Assembly (NCBI GenBank): GCA_041737965.1
Contig: JBGSQT010000038.1
Location: 101,179-165,178 of the forward strand
Source of the DNA: Spirochaetota bacterium
GTDB lineage: Bacteria > Spirochaetota > UBA4802 > UBA5550
Direction: 5' to 3'
DNA: 64,000 nucleotides
The notes beneath the pieces are model-generated. The model was not told the DNA's origin and did not search any database. It saw nothing but the letters and a program-made list of their open reading frames with translations. Both the position numbers and the translations under genes were made by a program. Numbering within the stretch: position 1 is the stretch's first letter; each line of letters opens with the position of its first letter. Of the stretch, positions 27,931-37,076 are shown one piece after another.

Positions 27931-28872
27931 TTACTCTATAAAAATCATTTTTGAGTGCTTTTTCGCCAGCTCGATGTCCTTTTCGTATTTCAGAAGGCAG
28001 TTCAGCGTCGTGACCGCGATATCATGCTCAAGCACGTCATACCCCAGCACCACCAGAGCCTTGGCCCAATCGAGCGTTTCGCTTATGCTGGGCTCCTTTT
28101 TCAACTGGAGCTCGCGGATCTTGTGCACCGCTTTGACCACGTCATGGGTGAGTTTCTGTCCGCATTCCGGGACCTTGAGTGAGACGATCTTTTCTTCCAG
28201 CTTTCTCGACGGATAATCGATATAGAGATGGAGACAGCGGCGTTTCAGCGCATCAGACATTTCACGGGCATTGTTGGAGGTTAGTATCACCAGCGGCTTG
28301 TGCGTGGCGGTAACGGTCCCAATCTCCGGTATGGTCACCTGAAAATCGGACAGGACCTCCAGGAGGAAGGCCTCGAATTCGGAATCGGACTTGTCGATTT
28401 CGTCGATCAGCAGTACCGACCGTTTTTCAGAGGTGATGGACCGGAGGATCGGCCTTGAGAGAAGAAAATGCTCCGAGAAAAAAACGTCCTCTTCCCTGGA
28501 CAGCCTTGCGACTGCCTCTGTCAGTGTTTTCTCATTCTCCAGCATCGCGGAGAGTTTATCTTTCAGTATCTGGGTGTACAGGAGCTGCTTGGCGTATTCC
28601 CATTCATACAGCGCCTTGGCCTCGTCCAGACCTTCGTAACACTGGAGCCGAATAAGCTCCAGGCCCAGGGCTGACGCGATGCATTTGCCCAGTTCGGTTT
28701 TACCGACTCCCGCCGGCCCCTCAACGAGCACCGGTTTTTCCATTTTCAGCGCGAGAAACACCGTTGTGGCGATCTCTTCGGAGGAAATGTATTTTTCGTC
28801 AGCCAGCGACCGTACTACGTCATCGATATTGGTAAACATGTCCGTTAGCCCAGGGTAAGGTTTGTGATGCAC
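27931..28872 (-). CDS. MoxR-family AAA+ ATPase (CoxD-like)
   Basis: 313 aa; Walker A LVEGPAGVGKT, Walker B LLIDEIDK, sensor/Arg-finger region (LTSNNARE...ALKRR) as in MoxR/CoxD. Confidence 0.85.
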   Translation of the reverse strand: MHHKPYPGLTDMFTNIDDVVRSLADEKYISSEEIATTVFLALKMEKPVLVEGPAGVGKTELGKCIASALGLELIRLQCYEGLDEAKALYEWEYAKQLLYTQILKDKLSAMLENEKTLTEAVARLSREEDVFFSEHFLLSRPILRSITSEKRSVLLIDEIDKSDSEFEAFLLEVLSDFQVTIPEIGTVTATHKPLVILTSNNAREMSDALKRRCLHLYIDYPSRKLEEKIVSLKVPECGQKLTHDVVKAVHKIRELQLKKEPSISETLDWAKALVVLGYDVLEHDIAVTTLNCLLKYEKDIELAKKHSKMIFIE

Positions 28873-28949
28873 TGATTACCATAGGGCTGACAGGTCCCTG
28901 TTTCGCAAGGATTTTATGCGGCTTTCCGGAATAAAATGATGACGCTGAA

Positions 28950-30185
28950 CTACCGGCGTTTGTTCTCCAGAAGCTTCTGCACCCTGTACGGGAGCCCGAA
29001 AATCCTGATGAACCCGGTGGCGTCCTTCTGGTCGTAGAGCGTGCTCTCGTCGAAGGTGGCAATGTCCGGTTCGTACAGCGTCACGTCGGACTTTCTTCCG
29101 ACGGCCATGCAGGTCCCCTTGAAAAGCTTCACCCGGACGGTGCCGGTCACGTTTTTCTGCGATTCGTCGATGAACGCGTCCATGGCCTCCCGTTTTCTGG
29201 TAAACCACTGTCCGTTGTACACCAGTTCGGCGTACTCCGGAGCGAGACGGTCCTTCAGGTGCTGGGTGTCCCTGTCCAGGGTGATCGACTCCAGGTCGCG
29301 GTGGGCGATGTGGAGCACAGTTCCGGCGGGAGTTTCGTACACACCCCGTGACTTTATCCCCACGAGCCTGTTTTCCACGATGTCGATCCTCCCCACGCCG
29401 TGTTCCCCTGCGATCCTGTTCAGCTCCTTCATGAGGGCCACTGCCGGCAGTTTTTTACCGTCCAGCGCCACCGGTTTTCCCTGCAGGAAATCTATCTCCA
29501 GATAGGCGGGTTTATCCGGCGCCTTTTCCGGCGATCTGGTGAGAATGAACATTTCCTCGTTCGCTTCGCTATAGGGATCTTCCAGAATCCCCCCTTCGTA
29601 GGAGATGTGGAGGATGTTTCTGTCCATGCTGTAGGGCTTGTCCTTGCTCACCGGCACCGGTATGTTGTGCTTTTTGGCGTAATCGAAGCATTTGCTTCGG
29701 GAATCCAGGTCCCAGATCCTCCATGGGGCGATGATGGAAAGCTGTGGGGCCAGGGCCATGAACGTGAGCTCGAACCTCACCTGGTCGTTCCCTTTCCCGG
29801 TGGCGCCGTGACACACGGCGTCCGCCCCTTCCCGGAGGGCGATCTCGACCTGCCTTTTCGCGATAATCGGACGTGCCAGTGATGTGCCCATGAGGTATCT
29901 GTTTTCATATATGGCGTTCGCTTTTATCGCCTGAAAAACGTAATCTTCCACGAATTCTTCCCTCAGGTCCTCGATGAAACACTTGCTTGCGCCGGTCTTG
30001 AGCGCCTTTTCCTCGATGCCGTCAAGCTCCTCCTCCTGGCCGACATCGCCCACATAGGCGATCACTTCACAGCCGTAGGTGTCGATGAGCCATTTCAGAA
30101 TGATCGATGTATCGAGGCCCCCGGAGTAGGCGAGCACAACTTTTAATACTTTCATACTTCCTCCGAACTGATAAATATATGACAC
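28950..30185 (-). CDS. argG: argininosuccinate synthase
   Basis: 411 aa; N-terminal PP-loop AYSGGLDTS and full-length ArgG similarity. Confidence 0.93.
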   Translation of the reverse strand: MSYIYQFGGSMKVLKVVLAYSGGLDTSIILKWLIDTYGCEVIAYVGDVGQEEELDGIEEKALKTGASKCFIEDLREEFVEDYVFQAIKANAIYENRYLMGTSLARPIIAKRQVEIALREGADAVCHGATGKGNDQVRFELTFMALAPQLSIIAPWRIWDLDSRSKCFDYAKKHNIPVPVSKDKPYSMDRNILHISYEGGILEDPYSEANEEMFILTRSPEKAPDKPAYLEIDFLQGKPVALDGKKLPAVALMKELNRIAGEHGVGRIDIVENRLVGIKSRGVYETPAGTVLHIAHRDLESITLDRDTQHLKDRLAPEYAELVYNGQWFTRKREAMDAFIDESQKNVTGTVRVKLFKGTCMAVGRKSDVTLYEPDIATFDESTLYDQKDATGFIRIFGLPYRVQKLLENKRR

Positions 30186-30188
30186 GTT

Positions 30189-31133
30189 TCAGCGCATCAG
30201 CGCGCAGAGAATCGCTTTCTGTACATGCATCCTGTTTTCGGCCTGCTCGTAGACGATAGACCTGTCTGAATCGAGCACTTCCTCGTCTATCTCCTCGCCC
30301 CTGTGGGCGGGGAGGCAATGCATCACCCTGCAGCGGGGGGCGCATTTTTTCAGCATTTTTTTCGTGATTCTGTAGGGGGACAGTATCTCTTTTTTCCTCT
30401 GGGCTGACGCGTCATTTTCCTGTCCCATGCTGATCCAGACGTCGGTATAAAGGTAATTTGTTCCCTCAAGCGACCGGTCTATGTCGGAGGAGATGCGTAT
30501 GTCCGATCCCGATTTTTCCGCAAGTTCCCGGGCCTGCCGTATGATATCCTCGGGGGGCCGGTATTCGTCGGGGCCGAGAAATGTCATGGGTATGCCGAGA
30601 ATGGCCGATCCGAGAAGCAGTGAATTGGCCATATTGTTGCCGTCGCCGATATAGGTAAACCTGACTTTGCCGAGGTCTTTCTCACGCTCGAAGATGGTAA
30701 AAAAATCCGCCATGGCCTGACATGGATGCAGAAGGTCGGTGAGACCGTTTATCACCGGTATCTGCGAATTCGCCGCCAGCTGGATTATGGATTCCTGGGA
30801 AAAGGTCCGTATCATGATGCAGTCAACATATCTGGAAAGCACCTTCGCCGTGTCCTCAATGGTCTCGCCCCTTCCGATTTGGATGTCGTTGCCGCTTAAA
30901 AACAGCGCGTGTCCTCCCAGCTGGGTCACCCCGGTCTCAAAAGAGACCCTGGTTCTGGTGGAGTTTTTTTCAAAAATCATGGCCAGGGACTTTTTTTTCA
31001 GGAGATCGTGGTATTTCCCCATCTTGAGATCGCGCTTCAGTGTCGCCGAGAGCCGGAAAAGCGCCAGAATCTCGTCCCTGGAGAGGTCGGTAACCGTGAG
31101 GAAGTCTTTCGTTTTCAAACGAGGTATTTTCAT
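30189..31133 (-). CDS. argF: ornithine carbamoyltransferase
   Basis: 314 aa; STRTRVSFE carbamoyl-phosphate motif and OTC-specific HCLPAHRGEE. Confidence 0.9.
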   Translation of the reverse strand: MKIPRLKTKDFLTVTDLSRDEILALFRLSATLKRDLKMGKYHDLLKKKSLAMIFEKNSTRTRVSFETGVTQLGGHALFLSGNDIQIGRGETIEDTAKVLSRYVDCIMIRTFSQESIIQLAANSQIPVINGLTDLLHPCQAMADFFTIFEREKDLGKVRFTYIGDGNNMANSLLLGSAILGIPMTFLGPDEYRPPEDIIRQARELAEKSGSDIRISSDIDRSLEGTNYLYTDVWISMGQENDASAQRKKEILSPYRITKKMLKKCAPRCRVMHCLPAHRGEEIDEEVLDSDRSIVYEQAENRMHVQKAILCALMR

Positions 31134-32344
31134 TATTGGCCGCCTTCTTCTTCGATGATTCCGGAGAATATCTTCATCCCCTCCTTGACCACAGCAAGGG
31201 GCACAACGAGCGGCGGCATTATCCTGATCACTTTTTCAGAGGTGCAATTGATCACAAGTCCCCTTGACAATGCCTTTTTTACAATGTCTATGCCCGGTTT
31301 TTTCAACTCCACGCCTATATGCAGTCCCAGGCCCCTAATGTCCTCAATAATATTCGTCCTCTCTTTCAATGCCGCAAGTTCTCCGAAGATGTAATTGCCG
31401 ACCTTGTTCACATGTGTGAAAAAGGATTTCTTTTTAAGTTCCTTCAGCACCGCCGCCGCGGCAGCGCATGCCAGATGATTCCCGCCGAAGGTGGTGCCGT
31501 GAGTACCCTTTTCAAAATAATCGGACAGGTATTTTTTCGTATGAATTGCTCCTATGGGAAGTCCTCCGGCGAGGCCCTTGGCAAGGGTCAGTATATCCGG
31601 TATCACCCCGTAATGCTGGAATGCGAAAGGGAGTCCGGTCCTGCCGATGCCGGTCTGAATTTCATCGACTATGGTCACGATATGGTGTTTGTGGCAGAGG
31701 GAAAATAGCTGTTTTATAAAAGCCCTGTCGGCGAGCCTGATGCCCCCCTCTCCCTGTATGAGCTCGATAAACACGGCGATGATGTCCCTGTTTTTTTTGA
31801 GTTCCCTTTTGAATGCCTCGATGTCGTTATAGGGGAGATGGACAAACCCCGGCACCAGTGGTCCGAAGCCGTCCTGGATTTTCTTTTGTGCCGTGGCGCT
31901 CATGCTTCCGAAGGTCCTGCCGTGAAAGGAATCCATGAAGGACACGATGGCGTACCTGTTCCTGTCCTGGCTCAGCCCGTATCTCCGGACTAATTTGATG
32001 GCGGCCTCGTTCGCTTCGGTCCCGCTGTTTACAAAGAGCGTCCTTCCGGGGAAGGTGAGCTCGCCGAGAGTCTCGGCCGCTTCGATCTGCTCGGTGTTGT
32101 AAAACCAGTTGGAGCTGTGAATGATCGAGTCGATCTGGCGGTGCAGGCGCGCGGTAAGGGCCGCGTGTCCGTGCCCTAAATTGGTCACCGCGATTCCGGA
32201 GAAAAAGTCTATGTACTTTTTCCCGTCCTGGTCGAAAAGGTGGGCGCCTTTTCCGCGAACAAAACAGACCGGAAGCCTGCCGTAATTCTGGTAAAGGAAT
32301 TCGCCGTCTTTTTTGATTATGCCGTCCAGTTTTTTTGATGTCAT
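31133..32344 (-). CDS. argD: acetylornithine aminotransferase (class III PLP aminotransferase)
   Basis: Class-III aminotransferase motifs (DEIQTGIGRTG, TLAKGLAGGLP). The longest ORF extends to 32449, but the start is more likely the ATG giving MTSKKLDGIIKK... Confidence 0.88.
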   Translation of the reverse strand: MTSKKLDGIIKKDGEFLYQNYGRLPVCFVRGKGAHLFDQDGKKYIDFFSGIAVTNLGHGHAALTARLHRQIDSIIHSSNWFYNTEQIEAAETLGELTFPGRTLFVNSGTEANEAAIKLVRRYGLSQDRNRYAIVSFMDSFHGRTFGSMSATAQKKIQDGFGPLVPGFVHLPYNDIEAFKRELKKNRDIIAVFIELIQGEGGIRLADRAFIKQLFSLCHKHHIVTIVDEIQTGIGRTGLPFAFQHYGVIPDILTLAKGLAGGLPIGAIHTKKYLSDYFEKGTHGTTFGGNHLACAAAAAVLKELKKKSFFTHVNKVGNYIFGELAALKERTNIIEDIRGLGLHIGVELKKPGIDIVKKALSRGLVINCTSEKVIRIMPPLVVPLAVVKEGMKIFSGIIEEEGGQ

Positions 32345-32463
32345 GTGAAGAAACCGCGATAAAAAAAAATAATCGGGGAGAACCCCGATAGGCAATGTAA
32401 TGAGCACCGACGGAATTATGTCAATACTATTTATTATTTTTTTATACAAAGAAAACCCGGACG

Positions 32464-33759
32464 TCAGAATCCGTAACTGAGCCCTCCGAACAGCGCCACG
32501 CCCTGGAATTGCTCACCGTATATGAAGGTATGCCGGTATATTGCGCCTATGCTGATGGTTACTGGCCTGAAGGTGAAGTCAGCACTCATCGAAGAGGTGA
32601 TGTGCGGGTCGGTGGAACGTCTGTTTGCCACAGAGTGTTCAAATGGATTCCCATTTCCGTAGATTATTTTTGTAAAGGCCGCGCCGGCTCCGACGGAAAA
32701 AGATAATCCGAAGAAACGGGTGAAGGGGATGAAAACTTTCATCTCCGCAGTGGGAACAAGCTGGTATAAATCGGCGCTTTGGGAATAGCCGTACTGGTAT
32801 AAGTGAGTTATCCCGCCGGTTGATAAATAATCCATGTTTATCGCAATGCCGAAATACCGGATGAACCTGTACTGGAGAAACGCCCTCGCATGATAACTGT
32901 TGTCAAAACGTTCCCTCCAGGGGCCTATAATAAAAGTATATCCCCCCTGAGCGCCAAATGAAAACCCGCTGAGCGCGTTGTAGATGCCCCGGAATGGAGA
33001 CTCAGACGGTCTGATTTCCGCCTGCCGGCTCTGCTCGAGCAGTTCCCGTTCTATTCCCGCGGACAGCACGTCAACCGCGTCTTTTAAGAGGGCGCCCACC
33101 TCGCCGGTCGACGCGCGGATATCTGCGGCGGAGCCCCTGGCCGCGTTATAGAGTTTCAGTTCGATGTCCAGTTTTTCCTGGCTGACATCGATGTTCCCTG
33201 TGACGAGATAATCGGCCTGGTTTTCAGCCGCTGCGGATTGCATCAGTTTATTTAATGGCACGTCGCCGGAACCTGCGGCAAACTTTTCCATTATTCTTGT
33301 GACGGTGTATTTCCCGCCGGCGGTGATGTTTTTCGAAATTGTCTGGGGAATTATATAGGAATAATACCCGTGCTTTTCCTGGTCGCCCGATGCGGTGAAA
33401 TTGTATATCAGTATTTTCCCTTTCCGGGGAGCGATGGGTGCCTTGCCGGTGCCCTTCTGCGCCGGGGCTTTCTGGGCGTAAAGGAGGTCTCTCTGAAGGT
33501 CTATGTCAGTTTTCTGCCTTTTTTCGTAGGCCTTCTCAAGTTTCTGTCTTGTCACGCGGTCCCCGGGGTTTTTCGAAAGAACGTCGAGCCAGACACTGAT
33601 CGCCTCGTCGAGCTTGTTGTCTTCATACAGGACATCGGCCTCGGCCGGGTCAACCGGATCGCCGTAGGCGGCAACACCGAATCCGGCGGCAAGAAAGCAG
33701 CACAGGAATGCGTGCACAGTCCGGCGTGGGAACGTATGTATGAATGTCGTAATTTTCAT
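32464..33759 (-). CDS. outer-membrane beta-barrel protein with N-terminal TPR-like module
   Basis: Signal peptide (MKITTFIHTFPRRTVHAFLCCFLAAGFGVAAYG). N-terminal 50-aa segment homologous to the N-terminus of the 22397 TPR protein. C-terminal half has alternating-hydrophobic strands and terminal ...GGLSYGF (OMP signature). Inserted between argJ and argD. Confidence 0.6.
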   Translation of the reverse strand: MKITTFIHTFPRRTVHAFLCCFLAAGFGVAAYGDPVDPAEADVLYEDNKLDEAISVWLDVLSKNPGDRVTRQKLEKAYEKRQKTDIDLQRDLLYAQKAPAQKGTGKAPIAPRKGKILIYNFTASGDQEKHGYYSYIIPQTISKNITAGGKYTVTRIMEKFAAGSGDVPLNKLMQSAAAENQADYLVTGNIDVSQEKLDIELKLYNAARGSAADIRASTGEVGALLKDAVDVLSAGIERELLEQSRQAEIRPSESPFRGIYNALSGFSFGAQGGYTFIIGPWRERFDNSYHARAFLQYRFIRYFGIAINMDYLSTGGITHLYQYGYSQSADLYQLVPTAEMKVFIPFTRFFGLSFSVGAGAAFTKIIYGNGNPFEHSVANRRSTDPHITSSMSADFTFRPVTISIGAIYRHTFIYGEQFQGVALFGGLSYGF

Positions 33760-33910
33760 CTGTAATCCGTCACTGTCGCGCTCTGCCGTGCCGTACGATA
33801 AATGACCGGCATCGGTTTCAATCGGCAATTATATCCTACCACAATTGGCCGAATTGTCAACATCAAATACTTTTTTTTACGCGGGCCCATGCCGTTATAT
33901 CGCCTCCGCC

Positions 33911-35101
33911 TCATGTGGAGTACTCCGCGTTTATTTTTACGTAATCGTAGGAGAGGTCGGTGGTACGCATGACCGACTCAGACTTGCCGAGCCCGATATC
34001 AACGGTTACGGTAAAGGCTCGTTTTTCGATGATCGGCATGATCGCATCGCGATCGAAGGGGACAGGCACTCCGTTGCGCAGGAGCACGCAATCGTCGAAG
34101 GATATGGAAAGAGACGATTCCGCCACTTCGGCCCCGGAATATCCGGCCGCGGCGGCTATCCTGCCCCAGTTCGGGTCGTTCCCGAACAGCGCTGTCTTCA
34201 CAAGGACAGATTCCGCGACGGATTTCGCTATCTTTCTGGCGTCGTCGTCGCCGGAGGCATTGATTACGCGCACCGTCACAACCTTTGTCGTCCCTTCCCC
34301 GTCCGAAACGAGCTTCACGGCCAGGTCCTCAAGCAGATAATCGAGAGCCTCCCGAAATGAGGCGATGTCCCCCGCGTCGGTCAGCGGATCGTCTGACCGG
34401 GGGGACAGTATCAGGGCGGTATCGTTGGTGGACATGTCGCCGTCGATGGTTATGGAGTTCAATGTTTTCCGCACTGCGCCGGTGAACTGCTCCTTCAGGA
34501 CGGTGCGGGGGATCGGGGCGTCGGTGACAATGAAACAGAGGAGCGTCGCCATGTCCGGAGCGATCATTCCGGCGCCTTTTGCGGTGCCTGCCATGAAAAA
34601 ATCTCCCCGCGACGTGGTAAAGCTCACGCACAGAAATTTCGGGACCGTATCGGTCGTCATAATGGCGCGGGGAATGCGCGATCCATTGGTTTGTGACAGA
34701 TTCCTGACAAGCATGTTGTGGGATTCGATCATTTTCCCGGCCGGGAGCTGCCTTCCAATAATGCCGGTGGAAGCCATGAGAAATGATTCCGGCGGCGCTC
34801 CGAGAAGCGATGCCGCGTCACCGGTAAGTTTTTTTGCGTTCGCGTACCCTTCATCGCCGGTGCAGGCATTGGCGTTTGTCGCGTTAATGAGGATTCCATG
34901 GACGGGATTTTCAATGCGCTCCCTGCATAGCTTTACCGGAGCGGCGAATACTTTGTTGACAGTGAACATTCCGGCGGCATTGCAGGGGGTTTTTGAGAAT
35001 ATCAACGCATAATCGAGCCTGTTTTCATATCTGATGCCGCATTCGATCGCGGAAAAAGTAAAACCAGGGACGTTTTCAAGGCCGCCTGTGATCATTTTCA
35101 T
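33911..35101 (-). CDS. argJ: bifunctional glutamate N-acetyltransferase / amino-acid acetyltransferase
   Basis: 396 aa; ArgJ self-cleavage region ...GMIAPDMATLLCFIVTDA (ATML motif) and full-length similarity. Confidence 0.9.
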   Translation of the reverse strand: MKMITGGLENVPGFTFSAIECGIRYENRLDYALIFSKTPCNAAGMFTVNKVFAAPVKLCRERIENPVHGILINATNANACTGDEGYANAKKLTGDAASLLGAPPESFLMASTGIIGRQLPAGKMIESHNMLVRNLSQTNGSRIPRAIMTTDTVPKFLCVSFTTSRGDFFMAGTAKGAGMIAPDMATLLCFIVTDAPIPRTVLKEQFTGAVRKTLNSITIDGDMSTNDTALILSPRSDDPLTDAGDIASFREALDYLLEDLAVKLVSDGEGTTKVVTVRVINASGDDDARKIAKSVAESVLVKTALFGNDPNWGRIAAAAGYSGAEVAESSLSISFDDCVLLRNGVPVPFDRDAIMPIIEKRAFTVTVDIGLGKSESVMRTTDLSYDYVKINAEYST

Positions 35102-35219
35102 GCTGTTTACTCCGAAAGTATTGAAATTGTATAGGTAATCCGGGCTTTTCAGCCATAAAGGGGACCCGTTTCAGGGTGCAATTTGATGCAGGAACGCTTC
35201 CGCTTTCAATAAATATTTG

Positions 35220-35247
35220 TTGACGAGTTGAAGTTTTTATATATTAT
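35220..35247 (+). promoter_or_regulatory. sigma70-like promoter (TTGACG-16/17-TATTAT)
   Basis: TTGACG at 35220-35225 and a TATATATTATTAT -10 region upstream of the STAS gene. Confidence 0.35.
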
Positions 35248-35304
35248 TATGATTCAATAGATGGAGGCGAAGGTGACAGCCCAGCATAAACCGGATAGCG
35301 TACA

Positions 35305-35655
35305 TTGAGGAAATCCTTGAAAATCAGCGTTGATGAATACGATACAGCCACGGTGATTGTCCTTGCGGGCGAGTTTTTTCTCAGCAGCATCAAAGATGTC
35401 GAGGAAGCCTGGGAAAAGGCGCTGCACATGCCGCCTCTGATAATCGGACTTGACTGCAGGAAACTTGATTTTGTCGACTCATCGGCGATTGGCACCCTGG
35501 TCAAAATGATGAACAACGCGGCCAGGGACGGAAAGACACTGGCCTTTTTCGATCTCAATCCATCTATTGCACGCCTTTTTAATACCGCGAAGCTTCATAC
35601 GGTGTTCAGTATCACCACATGGAAGGATTTTAAGAAAAAATACATAGAATCCTGA
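35305..35655 (+). CDS. STAS-domain protein (second, orphan)
   Basis: 116 aa; STAS pattern (VIVLAGEFFLSSIKDVEEAW...LIIGLDCRKLDFVDSSAIGTLVKMMNNAARDGKTLAFFDL). Start is TTG at 35305, or possibly TTG at 35317. Confidence 0.7.
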   Translation: MRKSLKISVDEYDTATVIVLAGEFFLSSIKDVEEAWEKALHMPPLIIGLDCRKLDFVDSSAIGTLVKMMNNAARDGKTLAFFDLNPSIARLFNTAKLHTVFSITTWKDFKKKYIES

Positions 35656-35701
35656 TCGCATTTACAGGCCCACCCGCGTTCCGCTCTCCATCCCCGGCAA
35701 T

Positions 35702-36232
35702 ATGCCGGTAATCAAAAACATGAATTCTCCCGATAAATGCAGTATGGGTATTCAGCATAAGCATGTAATCGGGATAACGTCGTCCCTGTTGACTGCGCTT
35801 TTTCTTACCTCCTGCGTACCGCCGGGAAACCTGAGAAGAGACGGATGGATGTTTTCAAATGCCGGCAGGAGCGGCATAGTGAGGACTGCCAAGCGGTATA
35901 TCGGCGTCCGGTATCTCCATGGGGGGACGACGCCCCGCGGGTTCGACTGTTCGGGATATGTAAAATATGTATATGCCAAGCATGACATTGATATTTCACG
36001 CTCCACGGCGGATCAGTATCGCCGGGGGAAAAGGATTCCTCTTTCAAGGGCGAAACCGGCTGACCTCGTGTTTTTCAAAACCAGAGGGGGGCGGGTGTCT
36101 CATGTGGGGATTTATCTCGGCAATCGTTCCTTTATTCACGCGCCGAGCACCGGGAAACGCGTTTCCATCACCAGTATCGACAACCGCTACTGGAAAAGGC
36201 GCTTTGCCGGCGCAGTATCGTATATACGATAA
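35702..36232 (+). CDS. NlpC/P60 (C40) peptidoglycan endopeptidase lipoprotein
   Basis: Lipobox LTALFLTSC; catalytic Cys context FDCSGYVKYVY and His in SHVGIYLGNRSFIHAPS. Confidence 0.8.
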   Translation: MPVIKNMNSPDKCSMGIQHKHVIGITSSLLTALFLTSCVPPGNLRRDGWMFSNAGRSGIVRTAKRYIGVRYLHGGTTPRGFDCSGYVKYVYAKHDIDISRSTADQYRRGKRIPLSRAKPADLVFFKTRGGRVSHVGIYLGNRSFIHAPSTGKRVSITSIDNRYWKRRFAGAVSYIR

Positions 36233-36428
36233 CGAGGCGATCCCGGAATTTCCGCGCTATTTTGCAGTACCTGTGGCATTTTTTTACCGAAAACGGATTC
36301 ATGTGAAATGAGATCGGCAAAAATCGATTATGACCAAATTATTTCACGCCATTATGGTAGTAAAGTCAATAAATTCCTTGACAGGATGTGAATAATGCGT
36401 GTTACTGTTGTTGGAAATTTGATGGATT

Positions 36429-36905
36429 ATGCGAATTGGAATATATCCGGGGTCCTTTGATCCCTTAACCAATGGTCATTTAGACATTATTGACAGGGCT
36501 AAAAGGATTTGTGATAAGCTTATTGTTGCAATTGCAAATAATATTGCAAAGAATCCCCTGTTCTCTGTCGACGAGAGAGTGGAGATTATAAAAAACTGCT
36601 GCGGAGTAGGTGATAATATCGAGGTGGTCGCATATAACGGTCTTCTCGCAGAGTATTGTGTAAAGCAGAATGTGTCGTTTATCATTAGAGGGCTTCGATC
36701 CACCACGGATTTTGAATACGAGTACTCCATCGCAGCGGTTAACCGGCTTCTGGCAAAAGACACCGATACGCTTTTTTTCATGACCAGAGGGGAGTTTTCG
36801 CACATCTCTTCAAACATGGTCAAGGATGTCGCCAGATACGGCGGAGATATCAACGCTCTCGTCCCCCAATTCGTCTTAAAAAAAATCCAACAAAAGTTCC
36901 AGTAG
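36429..36905 (+). CDS. coaD: phosphopantetheine adenylyltransferase
   Basis: 158 aa; MRIGIYPGSFDPLTNGHLDII (H/T-x-G-H nucleotidyltransferase motif). Confidence 0.9.
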   Translation: MRIGIYPGSFDPLTNGHLDIIDRAKRICDKLIVAIANNIAKNPLFSVDERVEIIKNCCGVGDNIEVVAYNGLLAEYCVKQNVSFIIRGLRSTTDFEYEYSIAAVNRLLAKDTDTLFFMTRGEFSHISSNMVKDVARYGGDINALVPQFVLKKIQQKFQ

Positions 36906-37076
36906 GGTAGCGGCCCGTCAACGGCGCGTTCGCCATTGGATTTGCCGCAATCCGCCCTTCGCCACGCGTTGTAACCGGCGAAACTCCAGGTGTGTGCCCT
37001 TATGCGCGCCCCGGGGCGTTGTCCGGCCTTGCGGTCCTCTTTACGGTGAAGTGGTGACGCTATCGCGCCCAAGGGC

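Noticed and set aside
28873-28949. Possible terminator between MoxR gene start and argG stop
   Set aside because: No stable inverted repeat followed by a U-run on the minus strand could be identified; argG-MoxR-VWA may be co-transcribed or separated by a weak signal that cannot be called by eye.
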